Source: Blasia pusilla
Taxonomy: Eukaryota
DNA length: 64,000 bases
Direction of reading: 5' to 3'
Assembly (NCBI GenBank): GCA_050084515.1
Contig: CM114271.1
Coordinates: forward strand, 41,664,001 to 41,728,000
In this document: in pieces, positions 14,355 through 26,904 of the stretch
Numbering within the stretch: position 1 is the first letter of the stretch
Layout: every line of letters starts with the position of its first letter
Translations under genes and position numbers: made by a program
Notes under the pieces: model-generated
What the model saw: the letters and a program-made list of their open reading frames with translations, nothing else
Database searches by the model: none
Told to the model about the DNA's origin: nothing

Positions 14355-14945
14355 TTAGGGGCAGAGATCAAAGGAAAGCTGAGCACGTAGAAATTCCCAA
14401 GCACTACGGTTCTGATCTAAACATTGGAGCACCTCTCTATTTGCCACACTCAATTGAAGGAGATTGTCATCTGTCAAGAGTGCTTGTACCTGCAACACAA
14501 ACTTCTCAATGATTTGAGGTAAGCCATCGATGGTTTTTTCAGACATGGACCTTTCGAGCTTCTGTAGAGAAATGCGCATAGATAGAAATCCATGCACAAT
14601 CGTTTCCATAGTATTGCAAACATCTGAAATGACCTTCAACCTGGCTGATAACTCCTGCAGTTCTACAAGTGATCCCTTGTGAGACTTAGCTGGCTTCTTT
14701 CCTGCAGGCCCCATAAAAATCTTCACAAATGCATCGTTGAAGTTTTTGTTCAAATCTCACAATGATAAGCTGGTAGTAGAAATTTCAGAGCAAGAAACAC
14801 TTCCAGCTCCTTCCTTCACGCGTTTTTCAGTGTCGCCATCTGATTCATGGCCTCTTTCCCCATCCTGAAGTCCTTGTGCAGGTCTGGAAGGTTGTTGGAG
14901 CTGGATCACTCCTTTGGTCCTCTTCATTGCACGAGTTTTTTCCAT
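14355..14945 (-). pseudogene. MULE accessory ORF of unknown function (~196 codons, one in-frame TGA)
   Basis: ORFs 14757-14945 and 14355-14753 are in the same frame, separated only by TGA-GAT. The C-terminal half looks helical (LVELQELSARLKVISDV..., FVLQVQALL). Confidence 0.5.
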
Positions 14946-15264
14946 GGTGATAGATCAAAATTGAATCATGGAGATCAAAAGAACTTCTTCACACTCGTTT
15001 CCGTTTCCCTTGATTCATAGTCGCTTCATCTCCAGTGAACCCGAAGATTGAAAATATTCATCTGAACTGAGCCCCTATGTATCGCGATGTCCCTCTCTCA
15101 AAAATACAAATGCCTAGGGCCGACGGAAGACCCTATGATCGATGCCGTTAATATATGTGGCGCTACCCGTGGAGATCTTGTGAAGATCCGCCAATCTGGA
15201 ATACCTTCCATGAATTCCAAAGCCCCAATCCTCCATATACACCGATCTCAAAACTACAACCAAA

Positions 15265-18200
15265 TCACGTGCATGTGGCACCATCCATATTCAAAACCAT
15301 TGATCTTGCCTGTGTGTCTAGCTCATCTTGCAGGCCCAATCTCTTCTTTCTTGGTCTTGGCTTTGGAAAGGATGGTAATCTACTTGAGGTTCCATCCTGG
15401 GATGGACACAAAACTGTGTTATATCCCAATCGATGTTGTGTACTCTGTCTCTTTTTTTTTGACCGACCGCTCAATGTTGGACTTCACTCGTTTGATGTAA
15501 TTATTTTTTGGAAACCATCATTGTATGTCCGAAAGGGTTTCATTTCTTTGTGTCAAGCCGTTTCTAACAACAACTTTTCTTTGTTTCAATCCGACCATTT
15601 ATTTCCCTCAACATTTTAGACGCCATTCTCAGAAGCAAGTCACTACCATGGCAATGATTTTGCAACTCAGAGTACAATTTATCCATAGTAGCCTCCATTT
15701 CTTGGGTTAAACCCGATAAATAAGATTCTTCGACTACTGGTGTTGTCTCAAGCGAAGGGCTTATATTTGTCTCTATGTATGGAATGCATTCTGAAAGACA
15801 CTTCAGATTCAAATAATTAGATTATAGCTGAAACCTGAAAACCAAAGCCTAAATAATATCAAAATTACTTCAATGTACTTGCACTACAAGATTTTGTATT
15901 AGTATTTAAAAGGAAACCTGGTATTTCGTTGAGATCGAGGAGGCTGCCGGAGATATGACTTTCAGTAGATCTCGAATTCGTCACTGACATTTTTAGTTGT
16001 GTAATTCCTCCCCATTTGCTGCCCAATCTTCTTCCAAGTATATTCACAAGGTCCTCTTCGTTGTAATCCTCTCGTAACAAAGCTGCAATCTGGAGAGAGA
16101 TCTCATCATAGAAATCATGATATTTGCATTAGAAGATGGACAATAAGACAATTTGTGGTACCTAAAAAGAAAAACAAAAGTATTACTTACCATGTGCTTG
16201 CAGATGTTCCCCTTTAGGGACCAAGGACACTCACAATGACCCCATTCGGTGTCATAGTTGTATACTTCATACCATTTTGTTGGTATTGTTTGGCTCATGA
16301 CACGTGCCATCTTTACTTGCCCCCTTGATTCAATAAGCTGCACATCGCCTGTTGGGATTTCTCTTCCCTTCAATACTGCATTATTCACATATTGCTCTTC
16401 TGTTGCGTTTTGTATAAAAACCCTTTTTTTCAGCAAGTGAATGTGAAAATACCAAGCCTCTACAAAACTGCTAAGCTTCCAAACTAGGTAGTCTCCTCTT
16501 CTTTGAGCAATACTCCTCTTGTCATCAGCAAGAACTGCTTTCATGCTTCCATGATATGCTTCAATTGCAGCGTTCGTGTCTTGGTTTGCATGAGGGTAGT
16601 CCCTTGCCGCTCTCACCCATTTACCTGTGCTCAAACAAGAATACACTAAGATGTATAGTTAATCCAAACACCTGCAATATTAATATTCTAGAGAACCAAC
16701 CAAAGAAAATATCACTCATGAACACCGATTATGTAAGTATTCCAAATATATCAGAGAAACAAAGACACCCACCTAATTTCGGCTCCCAATATGTCCTTAT
16801 ATAGTTGATGAATGCAACTTCCTCTTTGAAGTCTGAATAGAATTGTTGCAGCAGGATCTTTGCATCATCCAAGATCACACCTCTGGTGTATGTGCCACGC
16901 CGATTTACGTACATAATTTCTCCTAGTCGTCGTGACATGAGAGCTCTCATGATTGGATATCTAACCTTTCGCTTCAGCTGCTTCAACCAGTCATGGCGTA
17001 CATGCCAGAGACATAATATGATACTTGAGTTGGCAAATGTTACCCTACAAGTAAAGGTACTGGTGAGTTACAACATGATTAAAAACCAATACCTGGAATA
17101 CCTTCCATCCATGTGACCAATATGCCTGTGTAACATAATGAAAAGTCATATTGAAAAACAAAAACAAAAATATGGAATGACTCTGTACCAAGAGAATACT
17201 TCATTGCATATCCTTAATGTACCTCAATGCATTTTGGCATCGTCTACTATGATTGCATTCGGCTCCCAAGAGGGTTGTTGTGTTCTACACTTGGTTACCA
17301 CTGCATGTAGCCATTTCACCAAGTGCACCTCCTTGGAGCTACTAGTCAGAATCCATGCTACCGGTATTCTAGTGTGGTGCTCATCAAACACTAAGATGGT
17401 ATACAAAGGAAACTGCACATAGAACTCCACCACATAAGGAGTGTTGCAGGTAGACATGAAATTCAACTTTGCAAGATTTTATTTAGGGTAGATATGAGTA
17501 AAGAGTAACAAACCTTGCTTCGATTGGTGCCAAACATACTATCCATGCTGAGAATACTGTTGTGTCTGTATTTCACCATCAATTGCAATTGCCAAGCGCT
17601 CTGGAATCCCAATATGAATGGTCTTGTATCATCAAAATAAGGCTCATAAAAGAAGACCTTCTCTGGATAGAGGTTTACAAAGGTACTCAAAGATTCATTT
17701 TCATCTATACAAAACTGGAAAGTCTCCATATTCAAGGACTTCTTTGCATTTGCAATATCATGCATTTGTAGGAAATCATCCCTCGTCATGCTCCCCTCAA
17801 AGTCTGGAGAGGTGTTAGATCTCATTTTAAGCATCATCCCATGCTCGCACATAATCTGATGGGGCTTTACCCCAAGTCAAAGCCTCTCCTTTATGTAACA
17901 TCTCAACTCCTTTGAGATCCTAGGAGCATACATTTTCGGAGTGTCCAAACTTAGGGGGTCGTTATTGCCATGGCATGGCATCCCATCCTTGTCAACATGT
18001 AATCTACGTTTGTAAATGATCTTTGCCACATGCATTGGACCCTTGATTTGAGATCTGAAAAGTGACAGAGACACCTCGCCTTCCAACTATCTCCAGTACA
18101 ATTTTTTTGGGCACGAGGCCGACTTCCTTGGCCTGATTTGGGAATGCTTGACCTGAAAAAAAACAAGAGGAATGCATTCCATCATACATAAACAGTATTT

Positions 18201-18744
18201 CTCTAGCAGGGACAACAGAAATGGAAATAAATTGCATGCATTATAAACAAGAACAAAAGATGATTGATCACCTTCCTTGTCTAACCTTCCTTGTTCCTAT
18301 CATTATTCCACTTAAAAAAAATATACCACTTATCCGTGCTCACCTACTCACAACCGGTTGATGGAAGTGTCGCTTGTCTTGAGGTCCGTAAGCACAATAG
18401 TACACGGTGTATGATGATTCCTCGCCTTCATCTTGTCCTAATCTTTCTCCTCTGCACCTAGATGTGCCCTTCCAAAAGCTAGTGGGGTTTACATTGTCTC
18501 CATTACCCTCCCCGATAATAAAGTCCTCCAACCTATGCCAGGGGAGATACGCTGCATTATATCGATCCCAATGGAGATCTTTTGTTGATATGTACCTTGT
18601 CGGCAAGTCTGCTTGGAGTTCCATCATCTTCATGGCTAGAATTCTTCTTGTCAATGCACTTCTACTTCCAAATGCATTCTCCTCCACTTGATCATGTGAT
18701 GGAGGAAGGGTTGATGTCAAGTCAACAGGATTATCAATGTCCAT
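15265..18744 (-). pseudogene. Multi-exon MULE/SWIM zinc-finger transposase, disrupted by frameshifts and stops; approximate exons 18744-18344, 18152-~17514, ~17415-17223, 17044-16773, 16624-16191, 16089-15918, 15790-~15265
   Basis: Motifs: YCAYGPQD, RCLCHF, HVDKDGMPCHG, PFILGFQSAWQL, SMDSMFGTN (first catalytic D), FPLYTILVFD..IPVAW, IIVDD (second D), LCLWHVRH, TNAAIEAYH (E), SWIM CECPWSLKGNICKH. GT-AG junctions. Lesions: frameshift ~18060, TGA at 17877, deletion ~17232. Confidence 0.88.
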
Positions 18745-20643
18745 ACTTACCTGTACACAAGCATTTGATTATAATGCAAGAGAAAAGTCATGTGATCTTC
18801 ACGAAAAAAAAAGACAAGTAACGAAAGTAAATGAGCAGTAAGATTGAGGGAAATGACGAAATGCCTTTCAATAGCACAGATTCTACACAAACTTCTCAAT
18901 GGCATCGGAATTATCACGTTTCATCTTCGTAGGAAAGGAATGATTTTAACACAGTACTCTACAGCGCTTGCAGTGAATCCTAACTAGTATTCACAGAGTC
19001 GTGTAATTTTCAAAAAATACCCATTTACTCTCCTTTACAAGTATCACAAAAAATGGGGCGAATGTTCAAAATGTAAGCACACTAATACCCTAAACAGAAA
19101 GTAAAGTTAACCTATAGTACCAAATCAAACCTCAAATATGATAGCCATAAAAAAAAATTACTTTAAATACATACTAGACAAAAAAACAAGCTCAATCATT
19201 CCAATATATCACATAAATCATGTGGTAATCGTTTGTGTACCTCGAAAGTAATCAATCTCACAAAGTAAAATATGTGAGAAGTGACGGAATACCTTTCGAT
19301 TGTACATACTCTACTCCTAAAGCATTGCAATATAGATACTGTGAGTCTCTATATGAAAACTGAATTTTAACAACAATACCGCCCTATAGTTCAAGTGACG
19401 GAATACTATTCCGTAGTACATTGTATACTCCTAAAGCCTTAGATAACATCCAAATCTTCAAGAATGCTTTTCAAAAGACATGAGTGTAACAGAGTCTTCT
19501 GTAGCTCTTGTAGAAATTTAATTTTCAAAACATACGCCTTTACTCTCCTACTCCTTTTAGTCTCCTAATGTCTACAATATAGATACTCTAGGTGCCTATA
19601 TGGAAACTTAAATTTACGAGGTTAAGACCACCCTGCAGCTGAAACACTATAGGAATCTTCCAATAAAACATGGCAAGTAATCAAACTAAAAAAGCAGTAC
19701 ACAAACACTAAGAGTGTGAGAAATGTTGGAATACCTTTCGGCGGTACAAGCTCTAACAGAAATCCTATAAGTATCAACAACTTACTCATCTCAAGAGCAG
19801 AAAAAAAAACCGATTATTCATGTAGGCAATGATTTACATGGGAAGCAAGAAGGTTTAAGGTATACTTGCCTATGAGATCAAACAACAAGTAAAACAACAA
19901 ACTCACTCATTCCAAAGTAGTAGAAAAAATATGTGATATTTAAGAAGAGGAAGAGAATGAATGAATGTCACAAATACCAATGAAAGACCAAGAGCATTAA
20001 GATGAAAAAAATGCCTTGGATAGATTTTCTCTATTTCTAACAATTGGAGTGAGATCATTCTCACTATACGCATTTTATAGTCGTCTACTTTCAAACTAAC
20101 AAAGTCAAAAAATTAACAATATGGTAGTGGCCTTGGCATAAAGCCTTCCGATATTACTATATCTGCTCCAAAAAATGCACTATGATTGTGACATTGACGG
20201 AATAGTTTCTGGTACTACAATATATTCGATCTGAAAGCCCCATTTGCAAGAAAAAGCACAAGTTTGCTTCACATCATATTACTGTATGCATAATTGTAAG
20301 ATGGTTGAAAGGAATGTCTATAAGAAAGATGTCCCAATTTTCGGCCATGTGAAACCAGAATCTGATCCAACCTGAAAAAAAACACATCAATAGGAACAAG
20401 AGAATTATCAACAAGACTTTGTTATCCAAGGTGATCTCCTCAACATGTTGAAAGAAACAAGAACTAACAAAAGAATGCACTCAATAACAGAATTACATTT
20501 CTTTACCTAATTCTTACGCCGGATTTCTTTACCTAACTCTTACGCCCCATTATTGATTTGTCATATACATTTTTCCTTTTTTCCCGTCGAGTGGGTGGTG
20601 TAGCCAACATATCTTGAAGGACCTCGGACCTTGTCTTCCCTAG

Positions 20644-23232
20644 TTATCTACACTCCTCCATAGTGGGAGATAAACCCGTGTGTCGTGGAATATTTTTGGG
20701 CCTTATGTCCATATCACCCACAAGAAGTTCCATGTTTGACTCCGCTATGATTTGGGTGACATAAAGTTGGGAGGCATTTGGCAAATCTCTTTCCACCTCC
20801 CCGCACTCGGCAGCATCAGCTACTTGGCTCGTGGATGGAGGAATAAACCACTCACCGTTGATCTCATAGAGATCTCTTAGAAGCTGGCTATCAGAAATCT
20901 GATTAATGGAATCCACATCATCCAAAGAAGCGAAGCCCCCACCGTGTATATTATCCTCCTCTCCATTCTCCATTGAAACCTTCTTCTTTCCCTTTCTACT
21001 TCTTGGAACATATGAAGAACCAACCTTCAAAAGATTTTTCCTCAAAGCAAAAAGGTCACGGGTAGAAGGTCTCTCAATGGATGAACCTCCAACAACAGGA
21101 TCACCATAATCACCAGCCAAACCCCCTTTGGATGTCTCATGACAATCCAAAGCACTACCAACAAGGGTAAAGAGAACATCAGGTGTAGAGATATGGGATA
21201 TACTATCATTTATGCATCCCACTTGGCTACACAAAGTCTCTAAAATACCCACAGTGTCAACGCCAACATCTCCTAAATCATCCACTCTATGAGCTCGTGC
21301 CATTCCCTCCAAATCACCCTCCAACATCTCTGATGAAACTTTCACCAAGCTCGGAATACCTTCTGGAATATCACATGCGGTAATTCCAATCTCACCATCA
21401 TCCCCACCACCATCACATCCAATTTCTGGAATGCCTTTCTCCAAACCTGCAACACTAGAAGGTATTCTGAGACTTGCCTCCAAAACTCCAATTGAATCTA
21501 CCATGTCTACATGCAAGGGAGAAGGCTCACCAACACATTCCCCATCCACATGAGAGCTATCATGTAGGTCCAACTCAACACGGGAAGCTCCAATGCCGCC
21601 ACCACCACCACACACATTGGTTGGGATACTTTCCATCACTGCACCACTATAAGATACTCCAATAACAACTTCTGGTGCTCCAGCTGAAAGTAAAGTCTCT
21701 TCATGCGAGGGAGGAGACTCACCAACATATTCCCCGACCACACAAGAGCTACCCTTCAAGATTTCCCCTTGTGGAAGGTTCATCTCGACACATGAAGGGC
21801 CAATGGACACATCACAACTCCTAGGTGCTGGAATAGTTTCCTGTGCATCAGTAGTACATGGTGCAAAATCTAGACCAACCTGGTCTTCAACCGTCACACA
21901 AGGGATCTCAATAGGGGAAGAAGAAGGGGCAGTACCCGATATAGTTTTTTCTCTCTTCTTCAAGGACTTGGGTACATGTGGAAGCCCAACCTTGGAGCAA
22001 GAGTCACCTCCCATAGATCTCGTGCGCACTCTGACCTTTCTAACATCTTCCACATGCGTCAAACCAATATGGTCCTCCCTACTCTCACCAAAATCTTCTA
22101 CACTCCTTGCTGTAAACTTCTCAACAGCAGGCTTACAAGCCAACTTACTTCGCCTATTTGGGCGCAAGACTTGAAAGTCACTTATATCATCACATTCATC
22201 TCCTTGAGAGGTGGGAGGTGGTTTGCTAGAGCTACTCCCTAATGTAGATTTATGCACATTCCTCCTAGACCAATCTAAATCTACATCCTTCTTCTCCCTT
22301 GGGACATACTTGGAAGCTCTTTTTTCGCAAACCTCTTTGACCTCCTCCAAGTTTCTTCTCTCCAACCATTCATTCCATTGTTGCCTAGCCATGAAATCCG
22401 AGTACTTGGCTTGATCTCTTTCAAGCCAAGCCATTAAGTTTTGTTTCTTTCGAGCAATCCAAGCTTGTGTCTCCTTCAATTGTTGAGATCTCTCATCTTT
22501 AAAAATGGAAGGAAGCACACCCAAGCACATTCCCTCTTTCTTCTCCTCTACTCCCCAAAGTTTCTTCACCGAATCCAAATAAAGAAAGTAATTCTTCCCC
22601 CTCCCAATCTGGTCTGCAGAACGTAGTTCACTAACTCTCTCAATGGCAACCAAGCATACTAAGACAATCACATCCATCATCAAATTGCTTTCACCGCAGT
22701 CTCGTACTTTCACAAGACACATGTCATACTTTTCTCTATCCAATAAGTCATCCCAATCTTGGATACCAAGGCACTTGGGGAGATCACACTCCATTAAAGC
22801 CAACAATGCTGGCTTCTTGAACAAGTGTGGGATGACAGGATCTTGTTCCATTGTCAACCATGTCTCAGACCAATGTTGTCTAAATCTGTATAATTTTTCC
22901 CTCTTCATCTTTTCTAGACGCCCGATAGCATCTCCTGATTTTCTCATCAAATCTTTCTCTCTCGCTTCTCACTAATGTTCCTCTTACGGCCCTTCACAGT
23001 GGTCGTCAGGATGCCTACCCTGCATTTTCCAAAGGTACTAAGTAACTTGGGTGCGGTGAGGGTGTTTCTTAGTTAAGTCTTGATTGCACTTTGTTTTGTT
23101 CTTTCTTGAGTAAATGCGACTACAAACTAGACACATCCACTTTGTGCCGTCATGCAAATACCTCCAATAGGTATTTTCCCCCAATGCAACGCCACAAACT
23201 ACCCGGGTGGAAACTGAGGTCGGAGTAGACAT
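20644..23232 (-). pseudogene. Large intronless MULE accessory ORF (~863 codons): N-terminal C2H2/BED-like finger, charged helical region, long low-complexity acidic C-terminus; 768 codons still open
   Basis: ORF 23038-23256 and the 768-aa ORF 20644-22950 are in one frame, joined across four stops (TAG, TAA, TAG, TGA). The N-terminus has WMCLVCSRIYSRKNKTKCNQ[D]LTKKH. ATG at 23232. Confidence 0.6.
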
Positions 23233-23737
23233 GGGAAAGGCACTCCTGAAACACATTCAATAAAGTATCTCAAACCATGACATGAACATGTTCCAAAGGG
23301 ATAAAATCTAACAAGACCCACTAGTTCTGGGCAATGAACATTCCCACTAAATGTTTGATGTGAAATCTATTCGTAAACCTTGGTATTCTTCTAAAACCTC
23401 CCTTGGTTTCAAAGCCCGAATGCCTTCCATTCCTCCCTAAACCATCTTACTACAAGTTGTGTATCAATCTAAAAGAGGAGAAAAATCAAGCAAAGGGTTC
23501 GAAAAAATTTACAATCAATTGAAGCACAACAAGTAGCCACCTAAACTACTTGTGTGGTTAGGAGTTAATAGAACCTAAAACAATGACTGTTACATGTCAT
23601 CCGATTAGACAAAAAATTCATCTACAATTGGCGTTCTAAAGTGAATGGATCTTTGTAGCATTTTTAGAGAAAAAAATGAAGACATGCAATTGAAACGAAC
23701 AAGGTCTGTTGGTCGCCTGGCTGATTGGTAATTTCAG

Positions 23738-24146
23738 AGCTTCATCATTAAAATCTCATCTCAAGAACCGAGATCTTCAATCTAGAGTGGACAAAGATCA
23801 TCTTGAGGAGAGCAGCATTGCTCTCTTGCAGCAGGAGTTGCAGAGGGTAAAGAATCTGACCTTGCAATTAGAAGAGGAGCACAGCGCCAAGAAACTGAAG
23901 TGGAGTAAGAGAAGAGAATAGTTGTAAAGTCAAGTGAAGGAGCTCAAAAAGAATGCAGAACACTGTGATATGGATCGGAAAATTCTTTAAGACAAGTGCT
24001 CAGATTTCCAGGTCAGAATTAACGAGCTCCAAACAAGAGTGGAGAAAGCTACTGTCTCACAAAGTCGTGCTACTCAATTGCAGGAAGAGTTCACAAAGGT
24101 CAAGAATTTAATCTCAATGCGAAGACTGCATGTGCCTAGACACTAA
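23738..24146 (+). pseudogene. Coiled-coil coding relic with internal repeat (captured exon or accessory gene)
   Basis: After the acceptor TTTCAG at ~23737 one frame reads ...RDLQSRVDKDHLEESSIALLQQELQRVKNL...RRE*L*SQVKELKK...IL*DKCSDFQVRINELQTRVEKATVSQSRATQLQEEFTKVKNL. The stops are TAG/TAA. Confidence 0.45.
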
Positions 24147-25810
24147 AACATTCATTCCTGGTGTCATCGTCCAAAAGAGCTGCATGGGCATCGTCTATGC
24201 CAATATTTTCTTGTTGCTCGTGGAAAGCGCCTTTGATAGCTGCTTAGAAAATCGCTCGCTGATCTCGAGCACTCTAAAGTACAAAATATTAGCCTAGTTT
24301 ATTTAGAATCTAACCAACTTGTTGCGCACCAAGTCTTTGATGACAGTTTTCTAGATGTCAAAAAGACCATCGGCGTCCAAGTGATGAACAAAGCCGGACC
24401 CTGTCGTTCTACCATAATTGTTCTCTGCTATTGCTTGGGTATTTCACTCTGTTTAAGTTTCGTTCATGAGCTATCCATATGAGAATCTCAACAGACAAGG
24501 CATCATAAAGTTGTAGTTTGTTCTGTGAGTCTGAGTATCGCATCTAGTTTAGTATTCTCCCGTTGAAATTTCGCATAAGACGGGATGCTTTTCTTCAGTC
24601 ATGGAAGCATAGTGTTGAAAATCTCTGGTCGAGCTCCATCTAGGTTGTCTGGAGAGAACCCGATGTCTTGGAATGTCTACTCTACGCACGTAGTGACTAC
24701 GGGTTAGACGAGACGAAATCGTCTGTGACTTCATCTCCCACGAATAAAGTTTGGATGTATGCATGAGAATAAAGTGCGACTTGGAGCTAACGAGGATTGG
24801 ATCTCTACTGTTTCGCTCTTCTCGAGCGCTTGCGATGGATCCGTGTTGATTAGCCGTTTCCATCTTTGTTTGTTTTTTGTACGACCTCTCATCAGGAACG
24901 CCCAAAATACCTCCATACTTAATGGCTTTTAGTCACATCGGGACGTAGAACTACTTATTAGATAAATACGTGGAGGAGAGATTTCCCCCGGCTTCACGTG
25001 CAGGTAGTGTTGGCATGCGAGCGAGACAAATAGAGGAAGGTACGGAGCGGCCGGAGGTTGACTGATTGGGTCCAAAGATAAGATCTTCGTTCATGTGTGC
25101 GGCTTTCTAGGCTAATTCATTAGATAGACTCATTCACCACTATAGCTAACTTGAGTAAGACTTTGCGAGTAAATTCGATTAGTATTCCATGCACATAGCG
25201 AATACTAGCCGACCCAAATGTGCGAGTTAGAATTAGATTTCTCTGTTAAGATGGATGTTAATCACATCAAGTAAGATCGGAAATCCTCACCGAATATCCG
25301 GACTAAGTACATTCTTGACGACTAGAGAGTCGAACCATAATGAAAGAAACAGTCATCGCGCGCCCCAAGCGGCAATCGAGCATTCTGCGAGCTTAAAATT
25401 TCTCTTGAATAACTCGAACGGTTAGGAACTTGCTCAATCCTCGTCCGATATCCACATGCAATCCCAAGATTAAATGGTCCGTGCGGTTCAAAAGATTTGA
25501 ATTTCCGTCAAAGCGTCTACAATGATGATTAAATTAAGGAGGTGTTCAATGATGACATGCTAGGCATCCGAATTTCTACTAACTGGATTATCTTTTTCTC
25601 ATTCTTGGTTTCCGTAGTCAATCTTAGAGAGGAGGTTTTTCCATCTTTACGAGACGTATAACACGCATCGTTAGTTTACTGTTAGTGTTGAAAGTCTGGT
25701 TTTCACAAGACTTATCAATGGGAACACCACCATTTCCACAAAGAAAGTCAAGTATTCTCAACCGCAACAGATGCCCAAACACAGGTTGGAGTCGAGCAAG
25801 GCGGCAACAT

Positions 25811-25997
<187 letters not shown>

Positions 25998-26557
25998 GAT
26001 CTTATAAAAAGTCAGTAGTTGGTAGTTGGGGGAGAAAATCCGTGGCTACAGATCGCACAGTGAATAGGCAGCCAAAAAGAACTTGTCATGTGCAATAGGG
26101 ACGGGACTATAGTGAACGGAAAAGAATGATAAAAAAAGATACGACAGTGAATATTCGAGCATACCTCAACGGCGGAAAGTATTCCAGATGCACCTCCGTG
26201 ATTAAGACGATTCAAAGTTGGTGAGCTCTAATGAAGTTTGCCACCACGTTTGCCTTCATTTGTGAACCACCAAATCGAGCGAATCATTCCAGAAAAATCG
26301 ATACTCCATTCTCCAACACGAACATGCATGCTCTGTATATTCGGGAAGACTTAAAAACGGAAAGTATTCCAGATCAACCTCGGCTTACATTCGGCTCCGT
26401 GTATTCAAGTTTTCCTCTGAACGCCACCGGGTCCGCCTTTCCGTCAGAGTCGCCAAAACGCGCCAACACCATTCGTAAGATCGTCTCCGCCCTACCTCTA
26501 ACATGAACGAGTAACCTGCGTCTCAGCCCGAACATGAACGAGTAACTTGCGTCTCAG

Positions 26558-26904
26558 CCCGATCTCCCTCGGAAGGTATTCCAACTAGGTTTCTTGAAAA
26601 AAAAACTGAAGGCCCCCCCGTCCTGGTGCCCGATCTCCCTCGGAAGGTATTCCAACTAGGTTTCTCGAAAAAAAAATTGAAGGCCCCCGTCCTGGTGCCC
26701 GATCTCTCTCGGAAGGTATTCCAACTAGGTTTGTCGAAAAAAAAACTGAAGCCCCCCCCGTCCTGGTGCCCGATCTCCCTCGGAAGGTATTCCAACTAGG
26801 TTTCTCGAAAAAAAAACTGAAGGCCCCCCCGGTGCCCGATCTCCTCGGAAGGTATTCCAACTAGGTTTCTCGAAAAAAAAAACTGAAGGCCCGCCCCTGG
26901 TGCC
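26558..26904 (+). repeat. Subterminal tandem array, 5 copies of a ~70-bp unit (CCCGATCTCCCTCGGAAGGTATTCCAACTAGGTTTCTCG-A9-CTGAAGGCCCC...)
   Basis: GATCTC marker at 26561, 26632, 26701, 26772 and 26838. It is preceded by a 2x31-bp duplication at ~26500-26561. Confidence 0.95.
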
